The position numbers and the translations under genes are program-made. This document shows, piece after piece, positions 19,901-28,268 of a DNA stretch of 64,000 nucleotides (the first letter of the stretch is position 1; every line of letters begins with the position of its first letter). Below the pieces are notes generated by a model. It ran no database searches. It was not told the origin of the DNA and worked only from the letters and a program-made list of their open reading frames with translations. Source of the stretch: Candidatus Bipolaricaulota bacterium (GTDB lineage Bacteria > Bipolaricaulota > Bipolaricaulia > RBG-16-55-9 > DRXL01); NCBI GenBank assembly GCA_025060395.1, contig JANXCC010000005.1, positions 7,745 through 71,744 of the forward strand, read 5' to 3'.

Positions 19901-20144
19901 ATTCGACCGTGAAGCGCGGGGCGGGGCTCCCGCCGGTGTTGACGATCCTTGCCTTGGCTACGACTGCCACACCCTTATCTACGGGGGAAGCGGGGCTGAG
20001 CACCAGACTGGTAGGGTGGAGCTCCGGCAATAAGGGAACTCCCCCCTGGCCCCGGCTCCCCACCCACACCACGACAAAGACAATCCAAACTATCCCTAAC
20101 CCCCCTAACAATCTCTTCCCTACTCCCCGCGCTGAGCAAACCAT
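16941..20144 (-). CDS. membrane-anchored surface protein with 8 tandem CARDB-like domains
   Basis: An N-terminal TM helix (LLGGLGIVWIVFVVVWV) is followed by 8 repeats of about 120 aa, each ending D-x-x-N-x-[IV]-x-E-x-[DN]E-x-NN (ETNNELIV, EANNTLTA, ESNNVLTT, ETNNEMVI, EANNTATS, EQNNTIGG, EINNVQTA, ETNNRLVI). I chose the ATG at 20144 because AAGGAGGTG lies 6 nt upstream; the track ORF extends to 20174. Confidence 0.8.
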   Translation of the reverse strand: MVCSARGVGKRLLGGLGIVWIVFVVVWVGSRGQGGVPLLPELHPTSLVLSPASPVDKGVAVVAKARIVNTGGSPAPRFTVEFFYRLKSDPTRPWVSFPDGKGLVILSQGLSPRDQAITVEGTLDTSKVEIEPGNYEIRVVVDSTNQISEEDETNNELIVGLQIRPSRLNKPDLLPIALTFDPPSPLDTNGRTTATAIIRNGGPVDSGAFDVQYLFCKLPAPRSACNQLTEFARVTIAEGLKPREERFVKAEFPNPRLPIIAQLEPGTYLIHVQLDPVSKEQPSGAVEEQDEANNTLTAYLMVKGPELYPESLVLTPTLIRIGDEALVTAQIANAGDAPASDVTITFVMNGRRFATVTLPEIAARASTGEPGRQVVQVTLKTAELSLQPGVHELQVVVDPDDRISELDESNNVLTTALTLQPPLPRLPELTPKSLFVTPASPLEQGKGTVTAEILNNGMTVAEGFDVEFSVREVGRLRWNPIPCTANCTSNRLNPTAELIAQAQLPSLSPGAYEVRVVVDPQGRVAELDETNNEMVIGLRVIRPRRPDLAITELAFDPPSLTAHRGQLVRILLTFENIGDAPAQPSEAHCAYRRLEDVTGVPVIFDKISVPSLMPGGKFTAQCRLETGPPVRPGFYELTVTVDPQNRIEEQNEANNTATSGTGIPGQPGPGQALLIFGPDLVPDRATLKVRRPTTPEIPFAPPSLEITQGELLELEITVRNTGQIAAGGFDVAFCIREYFSQQPCAEIGTRSRATGLGLTDEFVAKTQVSTETFTPGVYEIGVIVDPPTPDLPYGRVEEVSEQNNTIGGPRAPRGSQVILIGKPDLTFREPLVFQPSGPVPIGTALGVFADIQNIGAGRTTRAFKVEFAFRRVDDPTQPSPEFRAFGTAIVAELEVGPEKAKQVKAELDTRNLAAGLYEIRVTLDPENVIPELNEINNVQTARVTIGVPTGLVDLAVLSLTASHPLVSRGQVVRFSAVIANLGAAPSGPFAVEFSYRNLLGAPGTEVAFSRQTVPSLEGGAKTTLITQLNTLTLTPGTYEITVTVDPENRISEPDETNNRLVIFLTVN

Positions 20145-20187
20145 GAGTGCCACCTCCTTGGGTTTTTCGCACACTATTCTACTCTAC

Positions 20188-21489
20188 TTAAGGACGGCGT
20201 GCGACGTAGAGTCCGCCGTCATCCGCGCCGATGTAGATCTCTATGGACGACCTGGGGCCGCTGACATAGAGCGCCGGTGTAGTCCGGATGACCGCGCGGG
20301 GGTCGCTCCCTGCGCCGGGCACAGGGAGGGCAAAGCGCAGGCGCCCGCTGTCAGGATCAATCCCGTAGAGATTACCGTCTACTGAGCCGACGATGATCGT
20401 CCCTAGTCCGGTGGCCCCTAAGCGACGGTCAACGACCGGCGACGAACGCGGCAGGTCGCCGTCGAAGGGATTAGGGTTATTATCAATCACGATAGCGACC
20501 GCAAATTTCTGCTTGCCGCGCTCGCGTCCGGGGATAACTTGGCCCTTGCTGTCTTTCTCGTCACTTCGGAAGAGCGCGTAGAGCCTGCCGTCGTCGGAGA
20601 CGAAGTAGATGGCGTTCTTGACCGGGTCTACAGCGGCTTTGGTACGCACTGGTCCGAGGGTCTCAAACCTATAGAGCTCTTTGCCGTTGCGGTCTATCGC
20701 ATAGAAGACACCGTTGTCCGCGCCGAAATAGATGGCAGCGCCCTCGGTTCCAAGTATATCCAAGAGCGGCGAGCCACGAATTGGGCTGCCGATCTCCTTG
20801 GGAAATTGGTCTATGGACTTTTGGAAATCCTCTCGGTCAATCGCATAGAATTTGCCATCATCGGAACCAAAGTAGATCGCGCTCTTGACAAAATCAGTGA
20901 TTGGGGCAGCTCGGATGGCTCCCTTGGCCTTATCAAATCTGCTTCCTGCTCCCTCTCCAGCAAGTACGCCATTCTCAGCATTGATCGCTAGAACTCGTTG
21001 ATCATCAGCGCCCACATAGAGCACTCCGCGAGGCTGATCCAGCGAGGGCGGCACGCGAATAGGAGCAGTTCGTGGAGGACTAACATTAGGAGCGGGAGTG
21101 AAGCCTTCGATAAGCTGCCCGGTGTCCCGGTCTACGGCGTAGAGCTTGCCATCATCGGCCCCGATATAAACTCGGTTGCGTACCTCGTCAATGACTGGAG
21201 CTACGCGCATGGGGCGGCGCTTGGCTGGATCAGGATCTGGAGAGAAGACCCACTTGGGCCGCCGCGGCTGCTCCGCACTTACCAGGGGGATCGCATAGAG
21301 ATTTCCGTCATCAGCGCCAAAATAAATAGCGTTCTTTGCGAGATCAATCACGGGCGAGGAGCGAATCGGGCTGCTATCGGGGACCCGAAAGACCAGCAGC
21401 AAACCACTACTCTGCCCCACCCCCACCGACGTCGCGCTCATCACACTCAATAGCAGGGCGATAGCCAACGCTCGTACTCGAGAACCCAT
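20188..21489 (-). CDS. secreted 8-bladed PQQ-like (BamB-like) beta-propeller protein
   Basis: Signal peptide followed by 8 blades marked by IYFGADDGNLYAI, VYIGADDGKLYAV, LYVGADDQRVLAI, IYFGSDDGKFYAI, IYFGADNGVFYAI, IYFVSDDGRLYAL, IIVGSVDGNLYGI and IYIGADDGGLYVA. Confidence 0.8.
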   Translation of the reverse strand: MGSRVRALAIALLLSVMSATSVGVGQSSGLLLVFRVPDSSPIRSSPVIDLAKNAIYFGADDGNLYAIPLVSAEQPRRPKWVFSPDPDPAKRRPMRVAPVIDEVRNRVYIGADDGKLYAVDRDTGQLIEGFTPAPNVSPPRTAPIRVPPSLDQPRGVLYVGADDQRVLAINAENGVLAGEGAGSRFDKAKGAIRAAPITDFVKSAIYFGSDDGKFYAIDREDFQKSIDQFPKEIGSPIRGSPLLDILGTEGAAIYFGADNGVFYAIDRNGKELYRFETLGPVRTKAAVDPVKNAIYFVSDDGRLYALFRSDEKDSKGQVIPGRERGKQKFAVAIVIDNNPNPFDGDLPRSSPVVDRRLGATGLGTIIVGSVDGNLYGIDPDSGRLRFALPVPGAGSDPRAVIRTTPALYVSGPRSSIEIYIGADDGGLYVARRP

Positions 21490-21515
21490 GAGTGCCTCCT
21501 TGAGCTTTTTTTCAT

Positions 21516-23396
21516 CTAGAAGCTTCCAAACTTCTGCACCCGGTTGTTGCCATACTCGACAATATAGATATTGCCCGCCCTATCTACCGCGATGTCTTGC
21601 GGGGAATTCAGCTCCCCTTCTCTCCCGCCCTGACGACCCCAGGAACGCTCAAAGCTTCCATCTCCCTTGAACTCTTGTACTCGATCGTTATATTGATCGA
21701 CGACGAGAAGGTTCCCTGCTCGCGTGAGCGCGAGCCCACGAGGATAATCGAACTGCCCCGGAGCAAACCCCTTGCTCCCCCACTTGAGCAAGAACTTCCC
21801 AGTAGCATCGAATTTCTGAATGCGGTGATTCCCCGAGTCCGAGATATAGACGTTCCCCACTTCGTCTACAGCTATCGCTCGCGGCTCGAAGAATTGCCCG
21901 TCTCCCGTCCGCAGCGGCCCCGCCGCACCATCGGGGTCAACGCAGCGTCCGGTGGGAGGCGTCACCGTCAGATTGCACTCACCCCCCCACTTGGTATTGA
22001 AGCGCACCGTGCTTGCATCCACGATATCGAATCTCTGGACGCGATGATTTCCCTTATCTACCACGTAGGCGATCTTTCCAGATTTGTCCAGCGCTATGCT
22101 CAGAGGGGTCTCAAACTGACCATCGCCAGTCCCCCTTGTGCCCCACTTGCTCACAAACCTTCCCGCAAGGTCAAACTTCTGGATCCGATGGTTGCCGCTG
22201 TCGACGACATAGATAAATCCTGAGGGATCGATAGCAATATCTGTTGGGCCATCGAATTGTCCGTCCCCGGGGGCGAGGGGGCCTCCCCCGTCAGGGTCGC
22301 GGCATCCCTCCCCCGTGCGCAGAAGGCACCGACTCCCCCATACTGCCACTGGGCGCTTCTCCGTAGGCTTGAACGTGCTAGGATCGAAGACTTGAATCCG
22401 ATGGTTCTCTGTATCGGCCACATAGATGCGGCCTTGGGGATCTACCGCGATCCCTTGGGGACCACGGAACTGCCCGGGAGCCGATCCGCCCTGCCCAAAT
22501 TGATCGAGAAAGAAGAGCCCTTCAGCCATCTTGCGTCCAGTGATGAACTCGAAGGTGCTCGGCTGCCGCAACGCGTCTCGCCTGTCGCTCCGATTCCCTT
22601 GACGATCAACCAGGATGACCTTAAGCTGAATACGCTGGGCACTCTCGCATTTGATGGGAAAGTCTAGCTGTCCTTCCCTCTCTCCAAGGACCTTCTCGCT
22701 CACGTCGATGCCTTCGGGATCGAGGGGCAGCGAGCAGTCCCCGATACGCCTGGGGTCGAAGTTGACCAAGCTAAAATAGATGCGGCTCAGCTGCCCCTCA
22801 CGATCCACAAATCCTACTTGCACGTTCTGGCTTGTCCCTAGAGGGACCTCCTCAGGAAAGATGATCCCGCTGATGATCGGCTCTGGGCCAACGGCTTTGA
22901 ACGAGAATATCTTTGGTTGGCTTACGTTTCTCTTGGCATCTTCGAGCGTCACCTCTAGGGTGACATCTTGGGGCACAGTGGTGAAGATACGAAACCCGAA
23001 AGCCCCTTTGTCGGTTGTCTGAGCTGGGGGTTCAAAACTGAAGACCTGACCGGCCTTAAAGAACGTCCCCGTGGAAGCATCTTTGACTTCAGTGGCTTCT
23101 ACAACCCGGAATGTCACTTTGATAATATCTTTGTTGATGTCTTCGTAGCCGACAGCTCCCTCAAAATCGCTCCCATCGGCGGCGATCCAATTGATCGCTG
23201 TAGGGAAGTTTGGCAAGGTGCCAGGAGGACATCTCTCGGCGGGCAGAGCAGGCGGAGCAACAACGCACCGCGTCTTGGGCAAGAGGATATATGTCACACG
23301 GGGAGCTTCCGGGCTCTCGATCTGCGACTGCGACAGGAAGGCACTGGCCAGCAACACCACCACCATCACCACGAGCCCATTCCCCCTGCGCCTCAT
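21516..23396 (-). CDS. secreted protein with N-terminal Ig-like region and 6-bladed NHL-repeat beta-propeller
   Basis: Signal peptide plus six NHL signatures (ENHRIQVFD, GNHRIQKFD x2, GNHRVQRFD, YNDRVQEF, GNNRVQKF). Two blades carry Cys-bracketed inserts (C..TGEGCRDPDG, C..PPTGRCVDPDG). Confidence 0.85.
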   Translation of the reverse strand: MRRRGNGLVVMVVVLLASAFLSQSQIESPEAPRVTYILLPKTRCVVAPPALPAERCPPGTLPNFPTAINWIAADGSDFEGAVGYEDINKDIIKVTFRVVEATEVKDASTGTFFKAGQVFSFEPPAQTTDKGAFGFRIFTTVPQDVTLEVTLEDAKRNVSQPKIFSFKAVGPEPIISGIIFPEEVPLGTSQNVQVGFVDREGQLSRIYFSLVNFDPRRIGDCSLPLDPEGIDVSEKVLGEREGQLDFPIKCESAQRIQLKVILVDRQGNRSDRRDALRQPSTFEFITGRKMAEGLFFLDQFGQGGSAPGQFRGPQGIAVDPQGRIYVADTENHRIQVFDPSTFKPTEKRPVAVWGSRCLLRTGEGCRDPDGGGPLAPGDGQFDGPTDIAIDPSGFIYVVDSGNHRIQKFDLAGRFVSKWGTRGTGDGQFETPLSIALDKSGKIAYVVDKGNHRVQRFDIVDASTVRFNTKWGGECNLTVTPPTGRCVDPDGAAGPLRTGDGQFFEPRAIAVDEVGNVYISDSGNHRIQKFDATGKFLLKWGSKGFAPGQFDYPRGLALTRAGNLLVVDQYNDRVQEFKGDGSFERSWGRQGGREGELNSPQDIAVDRAGNIYIVEYGNNRVQKFGSF

Positions 23397-23425
23397 CGTC
23401 GTTAACCTCCTTTTGGTTTTATATA

Positions 23426-24691
23426 CTACCCAAAATGCGGCGGAAGCACATATGAGCCGGTGGCGTATTCTGGGGGATAGAGCACGACCCGGGTCCCAGC
23501 AGGCGAGATCTGGGTGTAGAAGGGCCGCACTCCATCGAACGCCGGAGCGCCCCCGGTCTTAGTGAGCCCATAGACTTGATCATGGGCGATAGCGATCTTC
23601 AAGGGATCTCGCTGTTGCTCCTCCACCGTGTAGAATCGGATCACCCCGACGACCCCGTTCAGCCGTGTTCCTTCTAAGGCCCTGACGAGGGCCTCCGCTT
23701 CGGTGGTGCGGGCGCGCGCCACGGCATCAGCAAGAGCATAGACAGCATCATACGTCGTCGCGGCGGTGAAGACAGGCCGCGCTCTGAATTGCTCTTGGTA
23801 TCTCTTATAGAAGTCGAGCGTCTTGGGGCCTACCGTGGCGGTCTCCGCGGCAAAGTCGACGACAACGTATCCCGCGGCCGCACCCTTCAGATCATCAAAG
23901 AGCAACGCCTCGTTCCAGCCAAAGAGCGCGATCTTAACCCGCTTAGCAGACCAGCTTTGGGCAAACTCCGCTCCGATCTTAGCGTCAAAGAATACTGTGA
24001 TCGCGGCGGGCACGTCGATCTTTTGCAGACGCTCCAGGAGCGCTCCGGCTTGGCCGTCGGCGAGATTGCCCACGACATCCAAACCCGCTCGGATGAGCCG
24101 AGGCAGCAACGCGCTGCGAAAATCTGCGCTCTGCTTGGAGGGATCGCCCACCAGGGCGACGGCGTTGGAGCGCAGTATCTTGGCCTTGATCAATTGATCG
24201 ACCAGGAACTCTCGAGCAAATTCGCCTCCATCGAAGGCCTGAGCGGCAGCATTCACGATGCCGGCGCGAAAGATATATTTGAAGCTCTCATAGTTGGCAG
24301 CGACTTGATCAGTTCCCAAGAGCGGTGTCCCAGTGATGATCACGGGCTTCTTGAGGCGAGGGATCTCAAGTAAGAGCGCGGGGATCGTGTCTGAGCGAGA
24401 GAGTCCTACGACAGCGTCAGCTCCTTTACTGATGAGCTCAGTGAGTACGGCGCGAGCGCGGGCGGGATCGGTCTCTCTCCCCAGATCTCCAGGAATAAGC
24501 CTTACATTGAGCTCACTGGCTGCAAGCTGCGCTCCGTTGAGAATCCCTTGTCCTAGAGGGGAGGTCGTACTGCCGAGGACCCCGATAGTGATTGTCTGCT
24601 GGCTATAGCCTCGATAGGGCCCGAGGAGCAAAGCTCCTGCTGCGACTCCCAGGGCGCGTAAGAACGTGCGGCGGCTTAGAGCTGCGCGCAT
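23426..24691 (-). CDS. Tat-signal periplasmic binding protein, Liv/Amide (Peripla_BP_6-like) family, with no adjacent permease
   Basis: Twin-arginine motif SRRTFLRALGVAAGALLL and a type-I PBP fold pattern. I chose the ATG at 24691 because AAGGAGG lies 6 nt upstream; the track ORF start at 24712 overlaps the -10 box. Confidence 0.85.
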   Translation of the reverse strand: MRAALSRRTFLRALGVAAGALLLGPYRGYSQQTITIGVLGSTTSPLGQGILNGAQLAASELNVRLIPGDLGRETDPARARAVLTELISKGADAVVGLSRSDTIPALLLEIPRLKKPVIITGTPLLGTDQVAANYESFKYIFRAGIVNAAAQAFDGGEFAREFLVDQLIKAKILRSNAVALVGDPSKQSADFRSALLPRLIRAGLDVVGNLADGQAGALLERLQKIDVPAAITVFFDAKIGAEFAQSWSAKRVKIALFGWNEALLFDDLKGAAAGYVVVDFAAETATVGPKTLDFYKRYQEQFRARPVFTAATTYDAVYALADAVARARTTEAEALVRALEGTRLNGVVGVIRFYTVEEQQRDPLKIAIAHDQVYGLTKTGGAPAFDGVRPFYTQISPAGTRVVLYPPEYATGSYVLPPHFG

Positions 24692-24710
24692 AGTGTCCTC
24701 CTTCGGCTCC

Positions 24711-24740
24711 ATTATAGCACGGAGCTATCTGCCATGCCTA
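24711..24740 (-). promoter_or_regulatory. candidate sigma-70 promoter of the SBP-NHL-PQQ-CARDB operon (TAGGCA-18-TATAAT)
   Basis: On the minus strand, TATAAT lies at 24716-24711 and TAGGCA at 24740-24735. This sits in an AT-rich gap. Confidence 0.4.
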
Positions 24741-24877
24741 GGGCGTGGCGTCATAATAAATACATCAGATTTAGAGAAAAGTTTCACTGTGATCCTCGTT
24801 ACAGACGGGCCGGAAGAGAACAGCTATAATAAAATCCCTCTCCCATCCTCTCACCACCACTCACAAGCGGGTGGAAT

Positions 24878-24901
24878 GGAGCCCCTCCCCCAAGGGGCTC
24901 C
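24878..24901 (-). terminator. hairpin abutting the ltaE stop codon (no U-tract)
   Basis: GGAGCCCCT / AGGGGCTCC form a 9-bp stem with a 6-nt loop. It is immediately 3' of the ltaE stop at 24902. Confidence 0.35.
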
Positions 24902-25927
24902 TTATTGTTTAAGGATCTCTCGAATAGCTTGAGCGGCGTACAGCACGTCTTCTCGTGACACGTCTAGATGCGTCACTAGGCGTATCCGGCGCGGTCCGAT
25001 CGCGAGAGCCAAGATGTCTCTCTGTTTAAGCTCGTCAATCAGCTTTTCAGCGGGTATCGTGGAGAGCTCGAAAATCACAATGTTGGTCTCAACGGGTTCT
25101 AGATGGACTTCGGGAATCTCTTGGAGAGCTTCTGCAAGCAATTGTGCATTCTTATGGTCTTCAGCAAGGCGAGCAACATGGTGCTCTAGGGCGTAGAGCC
25201 CTGCGGCTGCAAGCACGCCGACTTGGCGCATCCCACCCCCGAGCATCTTGCGTACCCTTCGCGCTTTCTCAATGAACTCTCGCGAGCCAACAAGCATTGA
25301 GCCAGCCGGTGCTCCCAACCCCTTCGATAAACAGAACATCACCGAATCGAATCCTTCTGTTATCTCCTTGACTGAGCGTCCTGTGGCTAGAGCGGCGTTG
25401 AAGATCCGTGCGCCGTCCAAGTGTACGGCCAGGCCGCGCTGGTGAGCGTTTTCAACGATCTCCCTAGCCCATTCGAGCGGATAGACCCCACCCCCCTTCA
25501 AGTTGTGGGTGTTTTCCAAACAGATCAGGCGTGTTTGGGCATAGTAATAAACGTTTGGTCTGATTGCGCGCTCGATCTGCTCCCAGCGCAGAAACCCGCG
25601 CTCACTGGGGATCGGTCGGGGAAGAACCCCTGCAAACGCGCTCATCATCGCCATCTCGGAGTTGAAGATATGGGAAGCCTCTTCTACAATGACTTCGTCT
25701 CCTGGCTGAGTGTGGACCTTGATAGCGATCTGGTTGCCCATCGTCCCCGAAGGGACAAAGAGCGCCGCTTCGCGCCCAAAGAGTTGAGCGGCATATTCTT
25801 GGAGCTTATTCACGGTAGGGTCTTCGCCAAAGACGTCGTCGCCGACTTCGGCCTCGGCCATGGCACGTCGCATCGCGGGTGTGGGCTTGGTGACGGTGTC
25901 GCTACGGAGATCTATGATCTTCCTCAT
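24902..25927 (-). CDS. ltaE: low-specificity L-threonine aldolase
   Basis: [18 protein letters not shown]...[13 protein letters not shown]-terminus and a PLP-lysine region ([10 protein letters not shown]). Confidence 0.85.
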   Translation of the reverse strand: MRKIIDLRSDTVTKPTPAMRRAMAEAEVGDDVFGEDPTVNKLQEYAAQLFGREAALFVPSGTMGNQIAIKVHTQPGDEVIVEEASHIFNSEMAMMSAFAGVLPRPIPSERGFLRWEQIERAIRPNVYYYAQTRLICLENTHNLKGGGVYPLEWAREIVENAHQRGLAVHLDGARIFNAALATGRSVKEITEGFDSVMFCLSKGLGAPAGSMLVGSREFIEKARRVRKMLGGGMRQVGVLAAAGLYALEHHVARLAEDHKNAQLLAEALQEIPEVHLEPVETNIVIFELSTIPAEKLIDELKQRDILALAIGPRRIRLVTHLDVSREDVLYAAQAIREILKQ

Positions 25928-25930
25928 CAG

Positions 25931-25971
25931 AATAAAAGGCCCTCACCCTGTTTCCCTGGAGAAGGGTGAGG
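25931..25971 (-). terminator. Rho-independent terminator after the PKD/cupredoxin gene
   Basis: On the minus strand, CCTCACCCT-13 nt-AGGGTGAGG is followed by GCCUUUUAUU. It ends 4 nt before the ltaE ATG. Confidence 0.65.
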
Positions 25972-25983
25972 ACCTCTTTCCCC

Positions 25984-26925
25984 TTAAGGCTGCACGATGA
26001 TCTTCCCCTTCATCCCTTCATGAGGGAAGCTTACATACTCGTACTCCCCAGGGAGAGTGAAGGTGTACTCAAACGTCTGACCTGGCTCAGTCAAGAGCCC
26101 CGAATTGAAAGCCTCTGCCCCAGCAGGGATCTTGTCGGGAGAGGCTTGCACAGAGTGGGTGCACGTTACGCCTTCCTCACAAGAGTTCACCCAGCGAACC
26201 GTCTCACCGACCTTGATCGTCAGCTCTGATGGATCAAAGAAATGCCGCCCGTCGGCTGTGCTCACTATCTTCACGATATGAATGCCGTGCCCTGCTTGCT
26301 GAGGGGCCGTCACTATGATCGTCTTCTCTGCAGAGGCTGTGCTGCCATCGGGTGCAGTTACGATGAGCCTCACCGTATACGTCCCCTCGGCGGTGAACGT
26401 ATGGGTTGGGTTGGCTTCGGTGCTTGTAGAGCCATCCCCAAAGTCCCACATATAGCTTGCTGCCGTGCCTTGCACTTCAGCAGTAAACGAGACCTCTAAG
26501 GGAGCGGGTCCCTCCGTGACGCTCGCAGTGATCGCCACAGAGAGCGCTGGGGTCACAGTGATCTCAATCTGAGCTATCTGCTTGGCTTCAAGCTTTGGAC
26601 TTGTCTCCCTCTCTTGGGCTTTGGTCTTGACTGTGAGCTTCACCGTGTACGTCCCGCTGGCGCTATAGCTATGAGACACGGTCTGGCCTTTCGCCGTTGT
26701 GCCGTCGCCGAAGTCCCACTCGTACACGATGTCTGTAGTGACTTCCTTACCAGCGTCATCCCGAGCCGATCCCGAAAACTCGATGGCTTGGTTGACCGTG
26801 AATTGGGAGCCGCTTTGCGGGCTTGTAATCACGGCCGTTGGCGGCTTAACTCCGCCACCGCACCCCACAAGCAGCCCCATAACACACATCCAGACTACAA
26901 AAAGACTTATCTTCGCACTTCTCAT
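25984..26925 (-). CDS. lipoprotein with two PKD-like domains and a C-terminal cupredoxin-like domain
   Basis: Lipobox LLVGC after [17 protein letters not shown]. Two PKD-like repeats ([21 protein letters not shown] and [21 protein letters not shown]). C-terminal plastocyanin-like segment VGETVRWVN...HSV...[20 protein letters not shown] chose the ATG at 26925 because of GAAGGAGG upstream. Confidence 0.8.
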   Translation of the reverse strand: MRSAKISLFVVWMCVMGLLVGCGGGVKPPTAVITSPQSGSQFTVNQAIEFSGSARDDAGKEVTTDIVYEWDFGDGTTAKGQTVSHSYSASGTYTVKLTVKTKAQERETSPKLEAKQIAQIEITVTPALSVAITASVTEGPAPLEVSFTAEVQGTAASYMWDFGDGSTSTEANPTHTFTAEGTYTVRLIVTAPDGSTASAEKTIIVTAPQQAGHGIHIVKIVSTADGRHFFDPSELTIKVGETVRWVNSCEEGVTCTHSVQASPDKIPAGAEAFNSGLLTEPGQTFEYTFTLPGEYEYVSFPHEGMKGKIIVQP

Positions 26926-26971
26926 TTGTACCTCCTTCTTTTGTGCTGTATTTGTGAGATATTGGCGGGTA

Positions 26972-27649
26972 CTAGAGCAAGTGATGGAGCCAAGACTCTT
27001 GATCGGGCCATCCCTCCTTTCCAATGAGCGGCAGGAAACTACATGCACAGAGCTCTTCCCGACGGAGCTGGCCATGCTCTTTCATGAGAAGTAGGAGCGT
27101 CTGGAGCTGTCGCCCCCCCACAGGGATAACCATCCTTCCGCCTTCAGCCAATTGCTCCACCAACGAGGGAGGCACCTCCGGTGCCGCCGCTGTCACGATA
27201 ATCTTTTGAAAGGGCGCCTCTTCTGGCCACCCTAGCGTCCCGTCCCCAACCCGAAAGCTAATATTTGTATACCCCGCGTCGGTTAAGAGCTTGCGCGCCT
27301 TCTCCGAAAGCTCGGCAAAGCGCTCGATCGTATAGACGTGCTGGGCTAACTCAGCTAAGATCGCCGTCTGATACCCCGAACCAGTGCCGATCTCTAGAAC
27401 CCGGTCGCTCTTCTCTACCTGCAGAGCTTGGGTCATCAAAGCAACGATATACGGCTGAGATATCGTCTGGCCGCAGTCTATAGGCACGGGGTGGTCGGCG
27501 TAGGCATGATCCCACAAGGCGACAGGGATAAAGAGATGGCGTGGGATGAGTCCCATCACCTCCAGTACCCTCCTATCAGTAATCCCCTGGGCCTCAAGAC
27601 GCCGAATCATCTCTTTGCGATCTTTCTGAGGCGATCCGCTCGATTCCAC
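26972..27649 (-). CDS. pcm: protein-L-isoaspartate O-methyltransferase
   Basis: ISQPYIVALM, the SAM motif VLEIGTGSGYQTA, and GGRMVIPVG. Confidence 0.9.
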   Translation of the reverse strand: MESSGSPQKDRKEMIRRLEAQGITDRRVLEVMGLIPRHLFIPVALWDHAYADHPVPIDCGQTISQPYIVALMTQALQVEKSDRVLEIGTGSGYQTAILAELAQHVYTIERFAELSEKARKLLTDAGYTNISFRVGDGTLGWPEEAPFQKIIVTAAAPEVPPSLVEQLAEGGRMVIPVGGRQLQTLLLLMKEHGQLRREELCACSFLPLIGKEGWPDQESWLHHLL

Positions 27650-27658
27650 ATTATAATC

Positions 27659-28264
27659 TTATTGAAAGGCCCCAGGGGATGCAAATCGTACATCAAGCTC
27701 GTTATGCGCGATTACAATGCAATGATCGGCGTGGAGCGACAGCGGCCCTAAACTCAATGAAGTGAATCTCTCTAAAAGTGCGGCTTCTTCGGGCAAGAAT
27801 TCGAGATGGTCGCTCAGCACAAAGGCCGCATCTGCGCTGAGCTGAGCCTGACGGATTGGCGCGCCCTTCTCGTGGAGCCAATAGACCGTGAGCCCTAAAG
27901 CTTGCACATGCTCCAGCGCTTTGGACAACCCTCCCGAGGCGATCCAAATTCCCGGCGTGCTCTCGAGCTCTCCCCCTGCGTGAGGGCGGTAGGCGAAAGC
28001 AGCAAGGGCCTTTTGAAGAAGAGCAGCCGTCGATCGCTCATCAGGGTTCAAGTGCTTGAGTCGACGACCCTCTAGACGCACAATAAGCTGATCTTGTAAG
28101 ACCAGATAGACAAGGACGTCACGGCGAATCCCATGCGATAGACAGAACGCTGCCGTTACACAACGACAGAGAATATCCAACCGCCCAGCGCTACCAGGCA
28201 GATCATTGAGCATGAAATGGGGCGTCAGCGGCACCCGATGCCCTAAGACGATGAACGCGCGCAT
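27659..28264 (-). CDS. trmY: SPOUT methyltransferase of the TrmY family (tRNA pseudouridine-54 N1-methyltransferase-like)
   Basis: LNDLPGSAGRLDILCRCVTAAFCLSHGIRRDV and SLGPLSLHADHCIVIAHNELD closely parallel the archaeal TrmY (MJ1640) sequence as I recall it. The ATG at 28264 lies within track ORF 27659..28303. Confidence 0.8.
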   Translation of the reverse strand: MRAFIVLGHRVPLTPHFMLNDLPGSAGRLDILCRCVTAAFCLSHGIRRDVLVYLVLQDQLIVRLEGRRLKHLNPDERSTAALLQKALAAFAYRPHAGGELESTPGIWIASGGLSKALEHVQALGLTVYWLHEKGAPIRQAQLSADAAFVLSDHLEFLPEEAALLERFTSLSLGPLSLHADHCIVIAHNELDVRFASPGAFQ

Positions 28265-28268
28265 AGGC

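Noticed and set aside
16941-20174. The eightfold internal repetition could be read as DNA-level tandem repeats or a diversity-generating target.
   Set aside because: The repeats are conserved only at the protein-motif level (CARDB ends ..E.[DN]E.NN). The DNA copies are highly diverged. No reverse transcriptase or template repeat is present in the window.
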